A stretch of 63,931 bases of DNA, filler included, from Bigelowiella natans CCMP2755 (taxonomy: Eukaryota > Protista > Cercozoa): assembly GCA_000320545.1 (NCBI GenBank). It is 6 parts of 6 records of this genome, joined end to end, with 100 filler letters (N's around TTAATTAATTAA, not from the genome) between each part and the next. Parts side by side here need not be neighbours in the genome. Positions count along the whole stretch, not along the records: positions 9,246 to 34,834 come from ADNK01002147.1; 5 more parts are not named here. One strand, given 5' to 3'. Each line of letters starts with the position of its first letter. The first letter of the stretch is position 1. The notes beneath the pieces were generated by a model. That model worked only from the letters and a program-made list of their open reading frames with translations, was not told the DNA's origin and searched no databases. The position numbers were made by a program, and so were the translations under genes. Shown one piece after another: positions 12,723 through 26,156 of the stretch.

Positions 12723-14346
12723 GAGAGAGAGAGATTTGAACATATTTCTACTACTACCTCTTGACAGGTGTTTTGACGTAGGAGGAGAGGTTGGGCGCTT
12801 GGGCAGCAATGGTCCTGACATCCTCTTCTTCCCTTCGCGATGGTGTTGATGATCATCATCTATACTACGACGCAACCTCGCTAAGTGCTCTTTGTCAACC
12901 TGATGGTGAGTGTTTGTTCGATTAGCAGCCCCAAGAAAGAATGCAGAACGAAAGGGGGGTGATGATCTAGCGATGTTTTACTTCACACGGGTGCTGAGAT
13001 TTGTTTCGTGTCGCTATTTAGCTGAGTAGGTGGATGGGAGGTATTTCTACGACCCTGATACTCGTGCATGTTATTTGATCTCTCCACGTTCGATCCATCA
13101 TCATGCTGTCCTCGCCAATCACCACCACCAGCAGCTAATTTGTCGTTTTTAATAAAGTATCAAGTTGAGCGACCTCCTCGGGTACACGCTGCCTCATTTT
13201 CAATCGAGCTAGCATCTTTCGTCGCTTCATAGCCTGAGCACCACGTCGGAGAATTAACCACCAGGATGATGATGGGCAGCAACGTTGGTGTAAGATTCAA
13301 GAGAGAAGGGCGGAGAGTTGGGGGGGGGGGGGGGAGAGGAGGAGAGAACAAAAGAGAGAGAAGCAACACGCACCTGGTAAAGGGCCTGAAATCGGTTTCT
13401 TCTCCACTCTTGATGGACAAGCGAGGAATGAAGGACGCCATGCCTGCTATCTTCTAAACATAGCTCTCTCGCCTCGTATAATTCTCCCACAGTAATCGAG
13501 TTCCTGACCACGATAACGATGAAATAACAAAGACACAGTCATCGGCATGTATGTATATATCTAAGATAAACATGCATACTTCGCAGGGTATGGTACTCCT
13601 ACCACAGTCCCCTCGAACGGTTGATGTTACTACCACTACTACTACTACTACTAGTACTAATACTACTCACTGCCTTTGATACCTCCTACGCACTTTCGCC
13701 TTCCCTACCGTTTTTTCGATCTACAATTTGCAAAAAAAAAAAAGAATCGAGTGGGGGGAAGGAAGATTAGGAGGGTGCTAACACGACGGGCGTCTCGCCC
13801 ACAACCCACCACCAACCTGACCTTGTCTAAATCGACGAGTAGATTCCGATTGCTGCTGCCAAAGTTCAGAGAGAGTCTTGGAGTCACATCGCCGGGGGTT
13901 GAAGGGGCTGACCCCTTCCCCAACCCACCCACGCAGATCGATGCATTCCTCTTTACAACTACTGGATAACGATCCTGACGGACCAGTGACTGGCCACGGC
14001 GATAGAAAGAATCCCTCCCCTCGTGAAGGCTATCAAATTCCTCGAAGATGTGTGGTAATTCCGTCTCTGAATCACTACCGAGCGGGTTGATATGCTGTGG
14101 CATCGTGTGGGAGCGTAGGTGTTGGACGAAGGGGAGGGGGCTCCCACTGCCAAAACGCTCCAACTGGGGAAGCGCGAGAGCAGTTTTGCGAAGGTTTGAT
14201 GGGTGGCGATAGTGGTGCTTCTGCCCTTCTTGCTGCGACTCTTTTTGGGGGTTTTTGTCTCTATAACTCCTCCTCCTCCTCCTCCTCCCTTTTACATCAT
14301 CATCGCCATCATCCGGGGGCCGTTCTGCAGAACTACTCGACGACAT
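9366..14346 (-). CDS. Protein with C-terminal histidine phosphatase (phosphoglycerate mutase-like) domain and long uncharacterised N-terminal region; 3' end lost in gap
   Basis: Exons give TRHGEREDHVNPK, DPPLSERGFRQA, IIASPFTR-TIQTA, IHIDMGIAE, YPEEEEQLFDR and NVLLVSHQ in canonical order. There is one apparent 1-nt frameshift just before RHG. Linkage of exons upstream of about 12250 to the same gene is less certain. Confidence 0.7.
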
Positions 14347-14709
14347 CGTTGGCTTCCCTATTTGCTAGGTGTACTACTTCTGCAACTACTTTGGCTACCA
14401 GGGTTGATGCTATTTCAAGTGCTCCTGATGTGTCTACTCCTTTGTTAACACCACCGCCCTTCCCTCCGTTGCGCCGTTGCGTTTCTGTTTTTTCACTGAG
14501 GGTCTTCCTATCGAAAGCCAAAACAATGCTTACAATGACTATCCTACACATAGACTCAACGTACGTGGCAGTACAGGTTTATCGCTCAAATGGAGCATCT
14601 ATTTTAATTTGTAAAGATTGCTTCTCCCAACGTTACTCTTTTCTCTCACCTTCCTTTCTATTCTCGTGCAAACACACATGACACACATATACACATACAT
14701 GCACATAGA

Positions 14710-14764
<55 letters not shown>

Positions 14765-15437
14765 GAGAGAGAAGAGAGAGAAGAGAGAGAGACAGATAGA
14801 GAGATTTGCGCATGTATGAATACATACACAGCCCTGATATATATATCACAGTATCCTCGAACGAGGTCCTGTTTTCTACTAATATTAACTCTTTCCGCTT
14901 TTCATCCTCTCTTCTCCCTGTGATTCTCTCTTTCTCTGGTTTCCTGTATTATTATACTTTACATCCTAATGACAGTTACTTAGGAAGGTGGAGTTTGTCT
15001 TCCTTTCGCCATCCTTCGACCTGCTCCTCTACTGGCGCTGGTACGCTGCTCCTCGGGTTGACGATCTTCCAAGGGGGGAGATCAAGTCGAACAAATCTAG
15101 AAGTTTTGCAATTTTCGAATTACGACAACAAAGTTTGCTGACATCACCCTCTTAACGCAGTGCATATAACAGATATTTTGGTAGGCAATTTGGGCAACGC
15201 TGGCGACACAGGACTACATTTGTCGCGAGCCTAAAATCCCCAACGCGTTCCTTAAAAATCAGTGGGAAATTAGCCTGCGACCTGTCGGCAGAAAGTGATG
15301 CAGCACATGTAGGGGTAACGACACGATTTAGAGCATGTCGCAAGAGCAATTCGTGGATAATAATGAACATCTGAGAACTACAGCGGCGGCTGCGAGCACC
15401 TCCTGCAGCAAAGCTTTACGTTACACCTCACACCAAA

Positions 15438-16247
15438 ATGCGACTTCTGTTTCTTCTGCTACTATCCCCCCTTCCAGCCTTCAGCTCCCTCCCCCCCCCA
15501 CCATCATTGCGACGGTTACGGACACGAGTCCAAGGGGAAGAGAGTCCTCGTGGCGAAGGGGAGGGATTGTGTGAGGCACTCAAGGACAAGCCAGATGTAG
15601 AATTCAGTCTTGGAGGACTTCTCTCGCACGGTGATGTGCTGACGAATCAAATTATCGGCTTGCAAGTCGAGGCTTATAGCAACCGCCTTCAGGTGAATCT
15701 TATTTCTACTGCAAAAATGCTATACAACTACCACTACCGCTACTACCATTATTACTACTGCTACCTGCTACTACAACTGGTACACTATCAAAATACATTT
15801 TGTTTCCAAATCTGTGAAAATGAAGCATGAGAGAAACGCTAATCGACTCATCAATCGTTCAGTATGAGCCCGAATCATTTATTGAACGAGAGTTGGGAGT
15901 TGTATAGCATAGTCCCACGTCCCATTTGCACCTAGTTTATACCATGAAATAATTGACGACAGGGCCCCGGGAGCGCAGTGATCTTCGACTCGAATGGGTC
16001 GTGGGAAAATGATGTGGATCTACAGGTTGGAGTCGGTAATTTGGTTATCATTCAAGACCCTACCTCCAGAGCTCCAGGTACTACAATAGTATCGTTGCTA
16101 TTGCTTCAACCGAACTGTGTAGCAATCCCGGGAACTGTGGGATCTGCTCTCTCAAATATTGCTCAACATAAACTATTTGCGTATGTTTTGTTGTTGGTGT
16201 TACCATGTTCGCACGTACATGTGTATATGGCTGCATTTGTATATGGA

Positions 16248-16281
<34 letters not shown>

Positions 16282-17843
16282 TGTCTCAAGTGTGGGATGT
16301 ACTTTCAACATACAAACGTCTTCCTTTTTCCCACAAATATAGATGATGATCGCCTGGGTGGTAGTTTGACATTTCGCTTTGCTTGTCCTGTAACCGTCCT
16401 GCAAGTAACAATGGTCGATATTGATGACGAAAACGTTGGAACGGTGAGTTTTAGTTTCTAGAAGTTTTGTACTTTCCTTTTTTTGTAATTTCTTTTCCTC
16501 TTCCCCCCCCCTACCTTCTCAAATTTGATCGAACCCACTCGCCTGTTTTTGAAAGATAATGTGCTACGATGAGAACGATATTAAACTTGCTAGTGTCCCG
16601 ATCCCGAATGAAGGTCCTCGCAGAAATTTAGAACTGAGCAAACCATACGATAAATTGCACGCACGAAGCTGCCTTGTGAAACCTACCAAAAAGAACATGA
16701 GTATCAAAATTCTAAAGTCTCATTGAAATATCAGGTGAAAGTTCAGTGAACAAGCTTCCAGTCGTTGTCGCAAGCGTCTCCACAATGAGGATAGCTCTAA
16801 GGTCCTCTGGCGCCGTGGCACGGATCAAAATTCGAGTAGCATCTCCTGGGGGACTAACTGCAGCACCAATCCAAGAAGCTGTCGCGACGAGTAGTCCAAC
16901 AGTCAAAAAAACCACTTCTCCTTCCGTTGGCCTTTCCTCTTTGAGCCCCACGACAGTCTTTCCGAATAAAACCAACGTCCCGGTAGCAGCCCCCTCCTCA
17001 TATTCTCCTTCCACAGACGTTCCTACTCAAAGCCCAGCTACAAACTCGCCCCTCACATACTTTCCCTCTCCTTTACCCACTAAATTTCCGAGTGCGAGCC
17101 CATCGACAGAGACTCCCATCTCCCTCTCCCCATCCTCAAAGTCTCCTCATTCCGTGGGCCCTGTGACGGTGGGGCCGGCAACGAGTGCACCTTCGTCTTT
17201 AAGGCCAACAACACACCCGAATACCGTCTCGCCCAGAACGGACTCCCCCACGCCTACTCCCACACGCTATCCGACCAACAGGTTTTAGTTGCAGGGCATG
17301 TGAAACAGTATATGTTCTAGGGTTTGGTTTGATTCGATGGAGCAGGCTAGTAGAACGGAGACAAAGAGGAGAGAGAAAAAAATGCATCGTCCAATCATTG
17401 TATCAGCTCTCACTACCTTACGCACGTTGGTACTGTACTTGAGTTCATCTGTCTTTATTAGCCCAAGCACTATCGTCCCGACGTTGTCGCCCTCGTTTTG
17501 CCCAACTGGAAGTCCAGCAACGGCCAAACCCTCGATCAGTCCTTCAACTTGGAGTCCCTCCTCCTTTGCTCCAACCGTATCACCGAGCCAAACTCCGTTG
17601 ACCTCTATTCCTTCGACTTCCCCATCCTCTCGAGTCCCCACTCCGAGTACGACAAGCCCGTCCGCAGATCTGCCGATTTGCTTCGGAGAATCGCTTCATT
17701 GCCATGGAAATGGATATATCTGTGCGCAGAATTATTTTGCGAGGTGTTCTGAGGGTTCGTACATCTTTTCCCAGTATCGAGACTGTCAGAGCTGCACAAT
17801 CGACTCCGAAACGAACGCTCCTATACTCATTGATAACTGCTAG
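15438..17843 (+). CDS. Secreted protein: signal peptide, beta-rich extracellular domain, P/S/T mucin-like stalk, C-terminal Cys-rich module
   Basis: MRLLFLLLLSPLPAFS leader. Exons AVIFDSNG..DVDL..GNLVIIQD / DDDRLGGSLTFRFACPV..VDID / SSGAVARI. Then SPT/APT-rich repeats and a CHGNGYICAQNYFARCSEGSYIF..CQSC tail. Confidence 0.75.
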
Positions 17844-17853
17844 GTCTTATCCG

Positions 17854-17923
<70 letters not shown>

Positions 17924-18115
17924 GCGTCCAACTTAATTGCATTTGATCTTCGGTTCTATTAGTCTGACTAGTATAGCTAGTGGCACGGCGCCCGGAAGAT
18001 CTAGAGTTGTGCGTACATGCGTAAAAATTATAATATCTAAAACAATATAGTTTATATATGTCTATGTCTAAAAATAAATATGCTGCATAGTCCATTATTC
18101 AAATATATAAATATT

Positions 18116-18155
<40 letters not shown>

Positions 18156-18895
18156 TTATATACATCAGTTCACGTGTGGGCTGACGCCAGCGCTTGCATT
18201 GTTTGATACATAAAAATAAGTCGATCAATGAAGTCGCAGATCGAAGCATGTAGCACTGGTCTAGTGGTACGCCACACTACGCACGAGAACTAGATATGTT
18301 AATATATATGCGCAGTACAGCTCGCCTATGCTAATCCAGACAAAATGTATATGGTCTACACAATAGGGATGTATATATGCTCATGAGTCAGGTAGCTACA
18401 GTGCTTAGGATACATGTATATCAATCGTTCGAAGATGTCTAGATGTTCCCGCAGACTCCGCACAAATCAGCTAGCAGCTTATCTAGAGCTTGCATCTTAC
18501 GACATGGCAAGAGGGTGCATATAAGAGCCACAACAGTTATTTTTTAAACAGTATCTAAATGTGCAACGAAGCCTGGCCTACTAGCTAACTAGCTATCACT
18601 GCAGCAAAAATAATTATATTGTATCATTGTATCGGATAGCGCTGCTGATGAGCACATATTAGCAACATACAGAGCTGCGGCGCAATTTAGCTTCTAGACT
18701 TTGAATTCAGATGACATAAAAATGAGGAGGTACACAAGATCGAGGGACACAAACGCGCTAAGCTTTTACATACGATCCCGTAAGTCAATAAATAATGCAT
18801 AGCCATATTGCTAACATATTCCAAACAGAAATAGCTCGTTATTTGATCCTATGCTACTATGTTTTTCCTCGTTCCTCGACTTCCTTTTCTTCGAT

Positions 18896-20224
18896 TTACC
18901 ACGAGTAAGTAAAGCCCTTGCTTCCGGAAGAAGGAGGTGCCTGGTATCCTCCTCCGCCCTGCTGCTGAGTTTGTTGAGGGGAGGCCCAGCTCTGCTGGCC
19001 GTAGCCAGGTGCTGGTCCGGAATTAGGAGGCTGCTGATAGCCACCGTAGGATTGCTGTTGCCCATAAGAAGGAGCTGAAGCAGAATTGAAAGCCTTGCCA
19101 GGGCGAGAGGCGAGGAAGCCCATGCACTGAACTTGCTTGATATTATCGAATCCGAGTACGCGGATGAATGAGTCTGGATTGTTCTGCTTGCACTCGGCAA
19201 TTTCACGCATAACGGCTCCAGCGTCAGTTGCTCCAAACATGGGCAGTTTCCACATCGTCCAGTAGCGCCCATCGTAGTATCCTGGCATGCGGCTGTGCTC
19301 GCGGAAGATTTGCCCCCCTGATATTTACGATAATTGGCATGAATGGGCGATATTGAAATCGTATCTAGGTGAAGTATGTACATATAGAACACACATATGC
19401 ATGTATGAGTTTGTGTGTTTTGATTCATGTCTAAATTTTGTGCTACAATAATAATGCATCATGTCACCATTTATATTGTGATATATGGATAATAATTCAT
19501 CCATGTTTACAACACACATGTACCTTTATCAAACTCTACACATGGAATGAGACCATTTTGGATCATGTAGTTAATCTGGGCGGCGATATCTTGCTCGGTA
19601 AATACGTTGGTGTAGGACATCGTTTCGTACTTGAGATTGTTTGCAGGGTCGACAACCTAAGTGGGTGTTAGAATCATTACAAAATATTGTAAGGTATCTT
19701 TATTAGGGTGAAAACAGGAGATATCGTAACCGTCTCCCCCCCAAATCGAAAGGTGATATGTTATAACCGATGCCTCTGATACAAGCTAGCAAGAGTTAGA
19801 AAATTACTTTTATAAGCATACCTCTTCACAATAAGCGTTAGCGATTGCCGAGCGGAAGGTGGGTGCAGGAGACATAGTACGTGCAGCAAAGGAAGTTGAC
19901 ATTGCTGCTCTGGTTGCGACTGGAGCCCCTAGCTGCTGGCTGCTTGGTCCCATGGAAAGAAGGCATCCAAAGGCAATGACGAGAGCCACGTTGGCGAAGA
20001 CGCTGAGGGATTTTCAAAGAGTCAGCAGGTTAGCGAACTGTGATACATGTAAACTAAAACGACGATTTTAACAACGCTTGAAATGTCTTTGTTTTAATTT
20101 CATCGTGATTTCCGCGTAGACTCGAGTTCCCTCTAAGTGATTTTCTCACTCAACACCGATCTGCTTCAACCCTCCCCACCCATTCCCCTTTGTATACGCA
20201 CATAGTAGAGAGGGAGAGCTTCAT
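18896..20224 (-). CDS. rbcS: Rubisco small subunit (form IB, nuclear, bipartite plastid leader) with 67-aa low-complexity C-terminal extension; 252 aa
   Basis: Four phase-compatible GT-AG exons: 20202-20224, 19822-20002, 19524-19656, 18896-19317. Motifs [48 protein letters not shown]. Leader [25 protein letters not shown] followed by an S/T/A/R-rich transit-like segment. Confidence 0.96.
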
Positions 20225-20834
20225 CGTTACCGATTATGAGCTTCCGCAGACAGAGAATAAGTTCCGAAAGTCTTTTTCTGGTAAATGGAACTTATTTTAT
20301 GTATTTCGAAGAAGGATTGGGTTGTCGTAGACCGATGTTTCGCCGTACCTACACGTGATCGGTAGGTCCCCTTTTCGAAAGAAAGGCGTATAAAAATGCT
20401 CCGATCCAAGTCGACGAAGAAAACACCGGCAGGAAGGGAGATTTCATCTCTGCGACAGCATTGATTCGGATTCAGGCGCTGTACGAAGCCATGCAAAAAA
20501 GTTCCGAAGGTGAGTTTTTGGTACAGTTTTACCAGCCAGTTTTGTTCCTTTTGCGCTTTCTGGCCCGATGGCCAGGGATTTTCCAGAGAACCTCCGCAAG
20601 ATCTCCGCGAACCTGTTGCGTACATATTTTCGACGAATCTTCCTCGGCCGAAACTTGAGAGAGACATCAAATGTCGTCGCTATGTTTGCAATTCTTCTCT
20701 CCGGTACAGGACCTTCAAAACGCTACAATGCAGGGGATTTAGTTTCTACGACAACAATATTGAGCAAATATCTGCGACGTTGCCTCCGCGGACCGCTTCC
20801 CGACTCCCAAAAATCGTTCCGCACACACACAGCC
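20225..20834. promoter_or_regulatory. Putative bidirectional promoter between rbcS and BCAT
   Basis: 610-bp head-to-head spacer, essentially microsatellite-free and rich in TTCG/CGAA/CCG words. Inferred from gene positions only. Confidence 0.5.
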
Positions 20835-21677
20835 ATGTTAAGGCAATGGACTAGGAAGAATGCCAGGATCATCCAGAGATTCCAAAGGTGTACCTGCTTG
20901 ATGGCCCTATCTTCCACAATTTGGCTGATTCCCCTCTCCCTATTGTCAGTTCCAGACGTTGTTTGAGCGTAGCCCCGGGTTCAAAGAACCTTGATTGGGA
21001 CTCCCTTGGATTTGCGTATGTTCCAACGGATGCTATGGTATGATGGGCATATGTTTCCCGCGTCAATAGCTATTGCAGCATTCTTCATCATTAAAATGTT
21101 CTTGTGTGATATGTTAAGGGTTAGTTCCTCACAGCAGATACCCACCCCCTATCCCCTTCTTTGACTCCTTCAGGTAACTTACACGTACAAGGATGGCAAG
21201 TGGAGCGAGGTCATATTCGAATCCCTTTGGAATACTACTAAGATAGTGATGACGATAGAAAGACGGGGCATCATGGCAAAGAATGAGTTTCCTTCTTATT
21301 AATATAAATTAATAATTGAAATTATTGCTCTGTTCGCTGATACAGGCAGAGGTATTGACGGAGCCTTACTTCAAGTTGAATGCTTTCTCCAACATCCTTC
21401 ACTACGGACAGGGTGTCTTTGAGGGGTACTTTATTGAAAAATCTGAAGCATTTTTGTTGATGTCAACATAAATTATTGTTTGATGTTTGCGTGAAATGAA
21501 TTGGGAGTTTATTATTCTTCCTCTACCCCCCCCCCCCCCCCTCCTCGCTCTCTTTCCTTCTTCTTCACTCTTATTCTTTGCAGCCTCAAGGCCCACTGTT
21601 GCGCCGATGGAAAGGTAGCAAGAGAAGGATGAAATGATGCAATTATAACTAATTATTTGAGCTCTCTCACCCTCTCC

Positions 21678-21711
<34 letters not shown>

Positions 21712-23894
21712 TAACACATACGATAAGGTTCGTGTGTTCAACTCGGATATGAATTGGGAGCGAATGCGCAATGGTGCTCATCGTCTAGGAATGCCTGAGG
21801 TAGTAACAACACATCAGCGAAAACACAATGTTTCAAGACATTCTGGCCTTCTAGCATGATGGATTTGGGTCGACATTATGAAGGATGGGAGGGGGAGCGT
21901 GTCGTGTGGTGGAGGAAATGTATTAATAGATACATATATATGGATCATTGGTGTACGCCTGAGTTTTGGTAGAAGAGGAATCGTGCTGCTGTAATTAAAC
22001 ACACACATACACAAACACACATACACACTTATTCGTGTTTACTAAAATGTGAGCCTGCAATCAGGTGCCATTGGAGCTCTTTACCGAGGGAGTTGACTCC
22101 GCCGTGTCCAAGAACATTGGGTATCTGCAACTTAACCAACATATAAATGGAGAAATACCAAGAACCAGGGAGGGCGGGAACCTGATGAATTACTTCACAA
22201 AGAGATATGTAACACTGCTCGTCTTCTTCTTCTTCTTCTTAATCTTCTTCTTAATCTTCTTCTTCTGTCATATCAACTATGCTAGCTATGTTCCTCCTTA
22301 TGGCCATGGTGGATCTCTTTACCTTCGGTAATAGCACTAGTAGTAGTAGTAGTTGTTGTAGTAGTTGTTGTTGCAGTAGTGGTAGCAATGGTACTTTTAA
22401 CAGCTTAGTTCACTGTCGTTCGTCCTCCTCCTCCTCCTCCTCCTCCTCCTCCTCCTCCTCCATTTGCGTCTGGGGTCAATTCCTGAAATGTGTTCGTGAT
22501 CGTCGTCGTTGTCGTTGCTGTATCATTAAATCACCAACCAACCTCACCAGGCCTTTACTCTTCGGTCAAGGTGCACAGCTCGGACTAGGTATCGATCGTA
22601 CTTATCTATCATATCTCATGTGTGTGTGCATGCGTGCGTGCTCATGGCGCCCTTCTCACTTCCCCCCCCCTCCTCCTCTCATTAGGTGCTGCGCCTGAGT
22701 ATACTTTCGCTGTGATGTGCGCTCCTGTGGGTGCTTACTACAAATCGGGTATGTTATAGAAGAAGAGCCCTGTGCAATAGATAGCGTGTCACTGCCGCTG
22801 CGTGCTGCTAAGATACAAGATGCCAATGGACGATGCATTTCAAAATACAATCCCCACTGCCCCGCATCTTCCCTATACGAGTGTTTTGAATGCTCCTGAC
22901 GAAAGTGTGCTATCTACTTGAGGGTGGTGCTGAGGAGGGGGGTTGCCCACAGCAAACTTTGTGATATTTTTATTTTTACTATAATGCGGTAGGACTGAAG
23001 GCTGTGAAGAGCCTTGTCATCGACGAGTGCGTAGTGCGAATATTGCATAATACACCGCGAAATACGGCCAAGCATGCGGGCATCATACTTGGGAAAGAGG
23101 AATAATAAGCAGAAAGGGGGGAAAGAAAAACACAGCAACATCACAAGCATCAATCGTACAGTACCATGATCACTACTAACATCATACGCCTCAATGCTCT
23201 ACCTCGCAGATACGATCGTGCTGCTCCCTTCGGTGTAGGAAACGTTAAGTGTCCTGGTAACCAGGAATAGCCATAGCGATAGATCCCCATCACCAGCAGC
23301 GACAGAAAAGAACAAGTCAATTAAGACAAATATGACAACCATCCTTCATTCGTGTTCCGTTTGTCGTGATGATAAGGCAGCCACCGCGTGCACGCTGCTG
23401 TCTGTGTGTGTGTGTGTGTGTGTATATATCTTCTGCCCGGTGCAGGAAACTATGCTGCCGACGTTCGACCAGCAAAAGAAGCAGCAGAGAAAGGGTGAGG
23501 AGGAAGAATAAGTGAAGGACACAACGATACGTAGATTATGATGATAATGCATGGTCGTATAATCCCTGGAGCAGCGAGAGATATTCAAATCGAATGCATA
23601 TATCTGTTGTATGTTATAAAAACAGATACCCAATCGCCCTGTACCTTGATGCAAAGGAACGCAAGTACATCGAGGTGATCTCCTGCTGATAACTACAAAT
23701 ACTTACTAGCCCACTCACACACGCATACGTGACGCAACCACGCGCCAGGCTTCCATTTGTGTTGAGATCTATTCGTGCATGCTTGTGTATTCTTTGTGTG
23801 TTGTTGTGTGCTGCTCTTGGCGCTAATTAGGAATTCTCCACCTCAAACTTCATCGGCATAAACGAGAAGGTGGTGTCCAGATGCAACGCACACA

Positions 23895-23951
<57 letters not shown>

Positions 23952-24617
23952 ACTTACACCAACGTACCAACTCCTTCACATAACGCTCGCACGCACGCAT
24001 GGACGTCATGTTGTCACCACAGGGTAACTACGTGACCCCGAAATCGGACTCCATTCTTCCCAGCACGACTAACAAGGCAAGCTACAATGCCTCATACAAA
24101 CCTTGCTGCATGCTAGCTCAACGGTGGTGGTTGTGGTGGTTGTTGCCTCGGAAGAGACTTGTGCGAAAACACAGTACCAAACCGTGGAAAATCAACGAGC
24201 CGATGATTACTCTCGGTGAACGGCGGAAGAAGACAAGCAGTCCTTCACAGCGTGGATGCGTTTTCGTCTGAGACGTGCTTGTTGTTGTTGCTGTCGCAGG
24301 TGCTGATGAAGCTTGCTCCCGATTTGGGCATGGAGGTGGAAGAGAGGCCTGTGGCCTATGACGAGGTAGCACCTGACTAGTTAATGAACCGATGATGACA
24401 CTGTTGATCCTGCTTGTCATGATACGGATTGGTACGCACAATAATGCCAACGCTAAATATTCTAGCTACGAATCTCTACCGAGATCTTCCTGGACAAGCA
24501 TCCAACCCCACCCCTTAGTCTCCCTTTCCTGATCGCGTCCCCTTTCTTTCCTCAGCTCAAGAGCTTCTCGGAAGTCGCTGCTTGTGGCACTGCAGTTGTC
24601 CTTACACCGGTAGTAGG

Positions 24618-24656
<39 letters not shown>

Positions 24657-25049
24657 ATACACATATATCAGTATCGAAAGAGGAGGCGAATCAACAACCA
24701 AATACTTTCGCATGCGTGAGGAGTGTGATGCTGGTGGCGAAGGAGTAATGCAATACCCTTCCCCTGTTTGTTTTCTTGCTGTGCGAGCGTAGATAGCGTC
24801 TGTTACGCGTGGCAACGAAACTATAGAGTTTCAGGAGATAAGCAAGCTCAAGGCTCTTTACGAGAAGGTAACACTGACTGCTATGAGTGGGTTTTCATAA
24901 AAGATTTTCCAAAAGGGACAATGAGAACTCGGGCAGTCATTTCTATTCGATCAGGCGCTCACTGCTGTTTTGTTTTTGCGCCACAGGTGAAGGCTCTCCA
25001 GGTAGGAGAAGAAGAAGATGCTTATGGCTTAACTCGTGTTGTCGAATGA
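20835..25049 (+). CDS. BCAT: Branched-chain amino acid aminotransferase (class IV PLP), probably mitochondrial; 20 exons
   Basis: LDWDSLGF, LHYGQGVFEGLKA, YVPPYGHGGSLYLRP, GNVKCPGNYA (PLP lysine), EEFSTSNF, ILPSTT, ACGTAVV. Arg-rich N-terminal presequence. One GC-AG intron (24077-24299). Confidence 0.95.
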
Positions 25050-26156
25050 TGATAATCATTCCATCGTTTTTCTTATTATCGAAATGCGAAGAGACGAAAA
25101 CCCCCATGGTTGTGTTAACGGGGGAGTTGCTCCTGGATACTGCATGTTCCTGGCGAACAGTGTCGACTGCTGCGAGCTGTTTTGAAAGCAAATAAGCTAG
25201 AAACATCGAATCTAATGTAGCACACATAGACCGAATCACGGAACAATATGTACGCATGCTGGGCGCGTTGCGTACTGACGTTATAGCGCATGCACATGCG
25301 ACAACATATATGGGCACAGCAGCGCGCCATGGCCTTATTTGCGCTAGACTAGTAGAGCGTATCGTACGCGCGTGTATATGTACACATACACATGTAGGCT
25401 AGATTGCACAAATTGTATTAGGGAGAGTATTTGAGAAGATAACAATGTTGTAATAAAGATTTACTAGTTCATTCATTACGCCCGTTTCACATATAGCTAG
25501 ATACGCTAGATTAGAGAACAAATAAATGGCGGCACGCAGTATAGCAGACCTTCAATCGCGCACATTGTTAACAATGCCTTCTCGTCACGAGTCCTATGGC
25601 TTCTACCGCGCCGATCAAGACACTCGCTTGGTTGCGTTGTGCTAAGGGCTGTCTAGATGTGCATGCATGCATGATGCGAAGAATACTAGAACACACGGTA
25701 CGCATAGCATGTTGCAATTACACCTCAATTAATTAGAGACATCATCATTACTAGATTACCCAGGTCAACCTTACTAGCATGTTTTGACTTAATGCAACAT
25801 GCTGCATCACATAACGGTCGCAATAGCCGCCATGAGACCAAAACCTATCGAGAAAGCAATGACATCATACGAAAACACTATACTATCCTCTTTTTCTTGA
25901 CACCAATTAGATGCATGGCCGTAAGACGCATTTTTATCGCCACCGCCTTTTGGACTACATCGGCTTTCTACGCCAAGCAGTCCTTTGGATTCGTAAGATA
26001 CAGCGGGGTCCTGGCAAACAAATATTACGCATTTCCACATTTCAAATTGGCAGATGATGATGATGATGATGATGGTGATGATGAGACGGCAGCGCATGCA
26101 GACAAGATATGCCTTGGTTTTTTATGTAAATGTATTCGTTTCTGCGAAAATTGCTG

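Noticed and set aside
18811-19428. 205-aa same-strand ORF overlapping rbcS in another frame
   Set aside because: It starts inside an intron and has no recognisable features; the RbcS frame explains the region.
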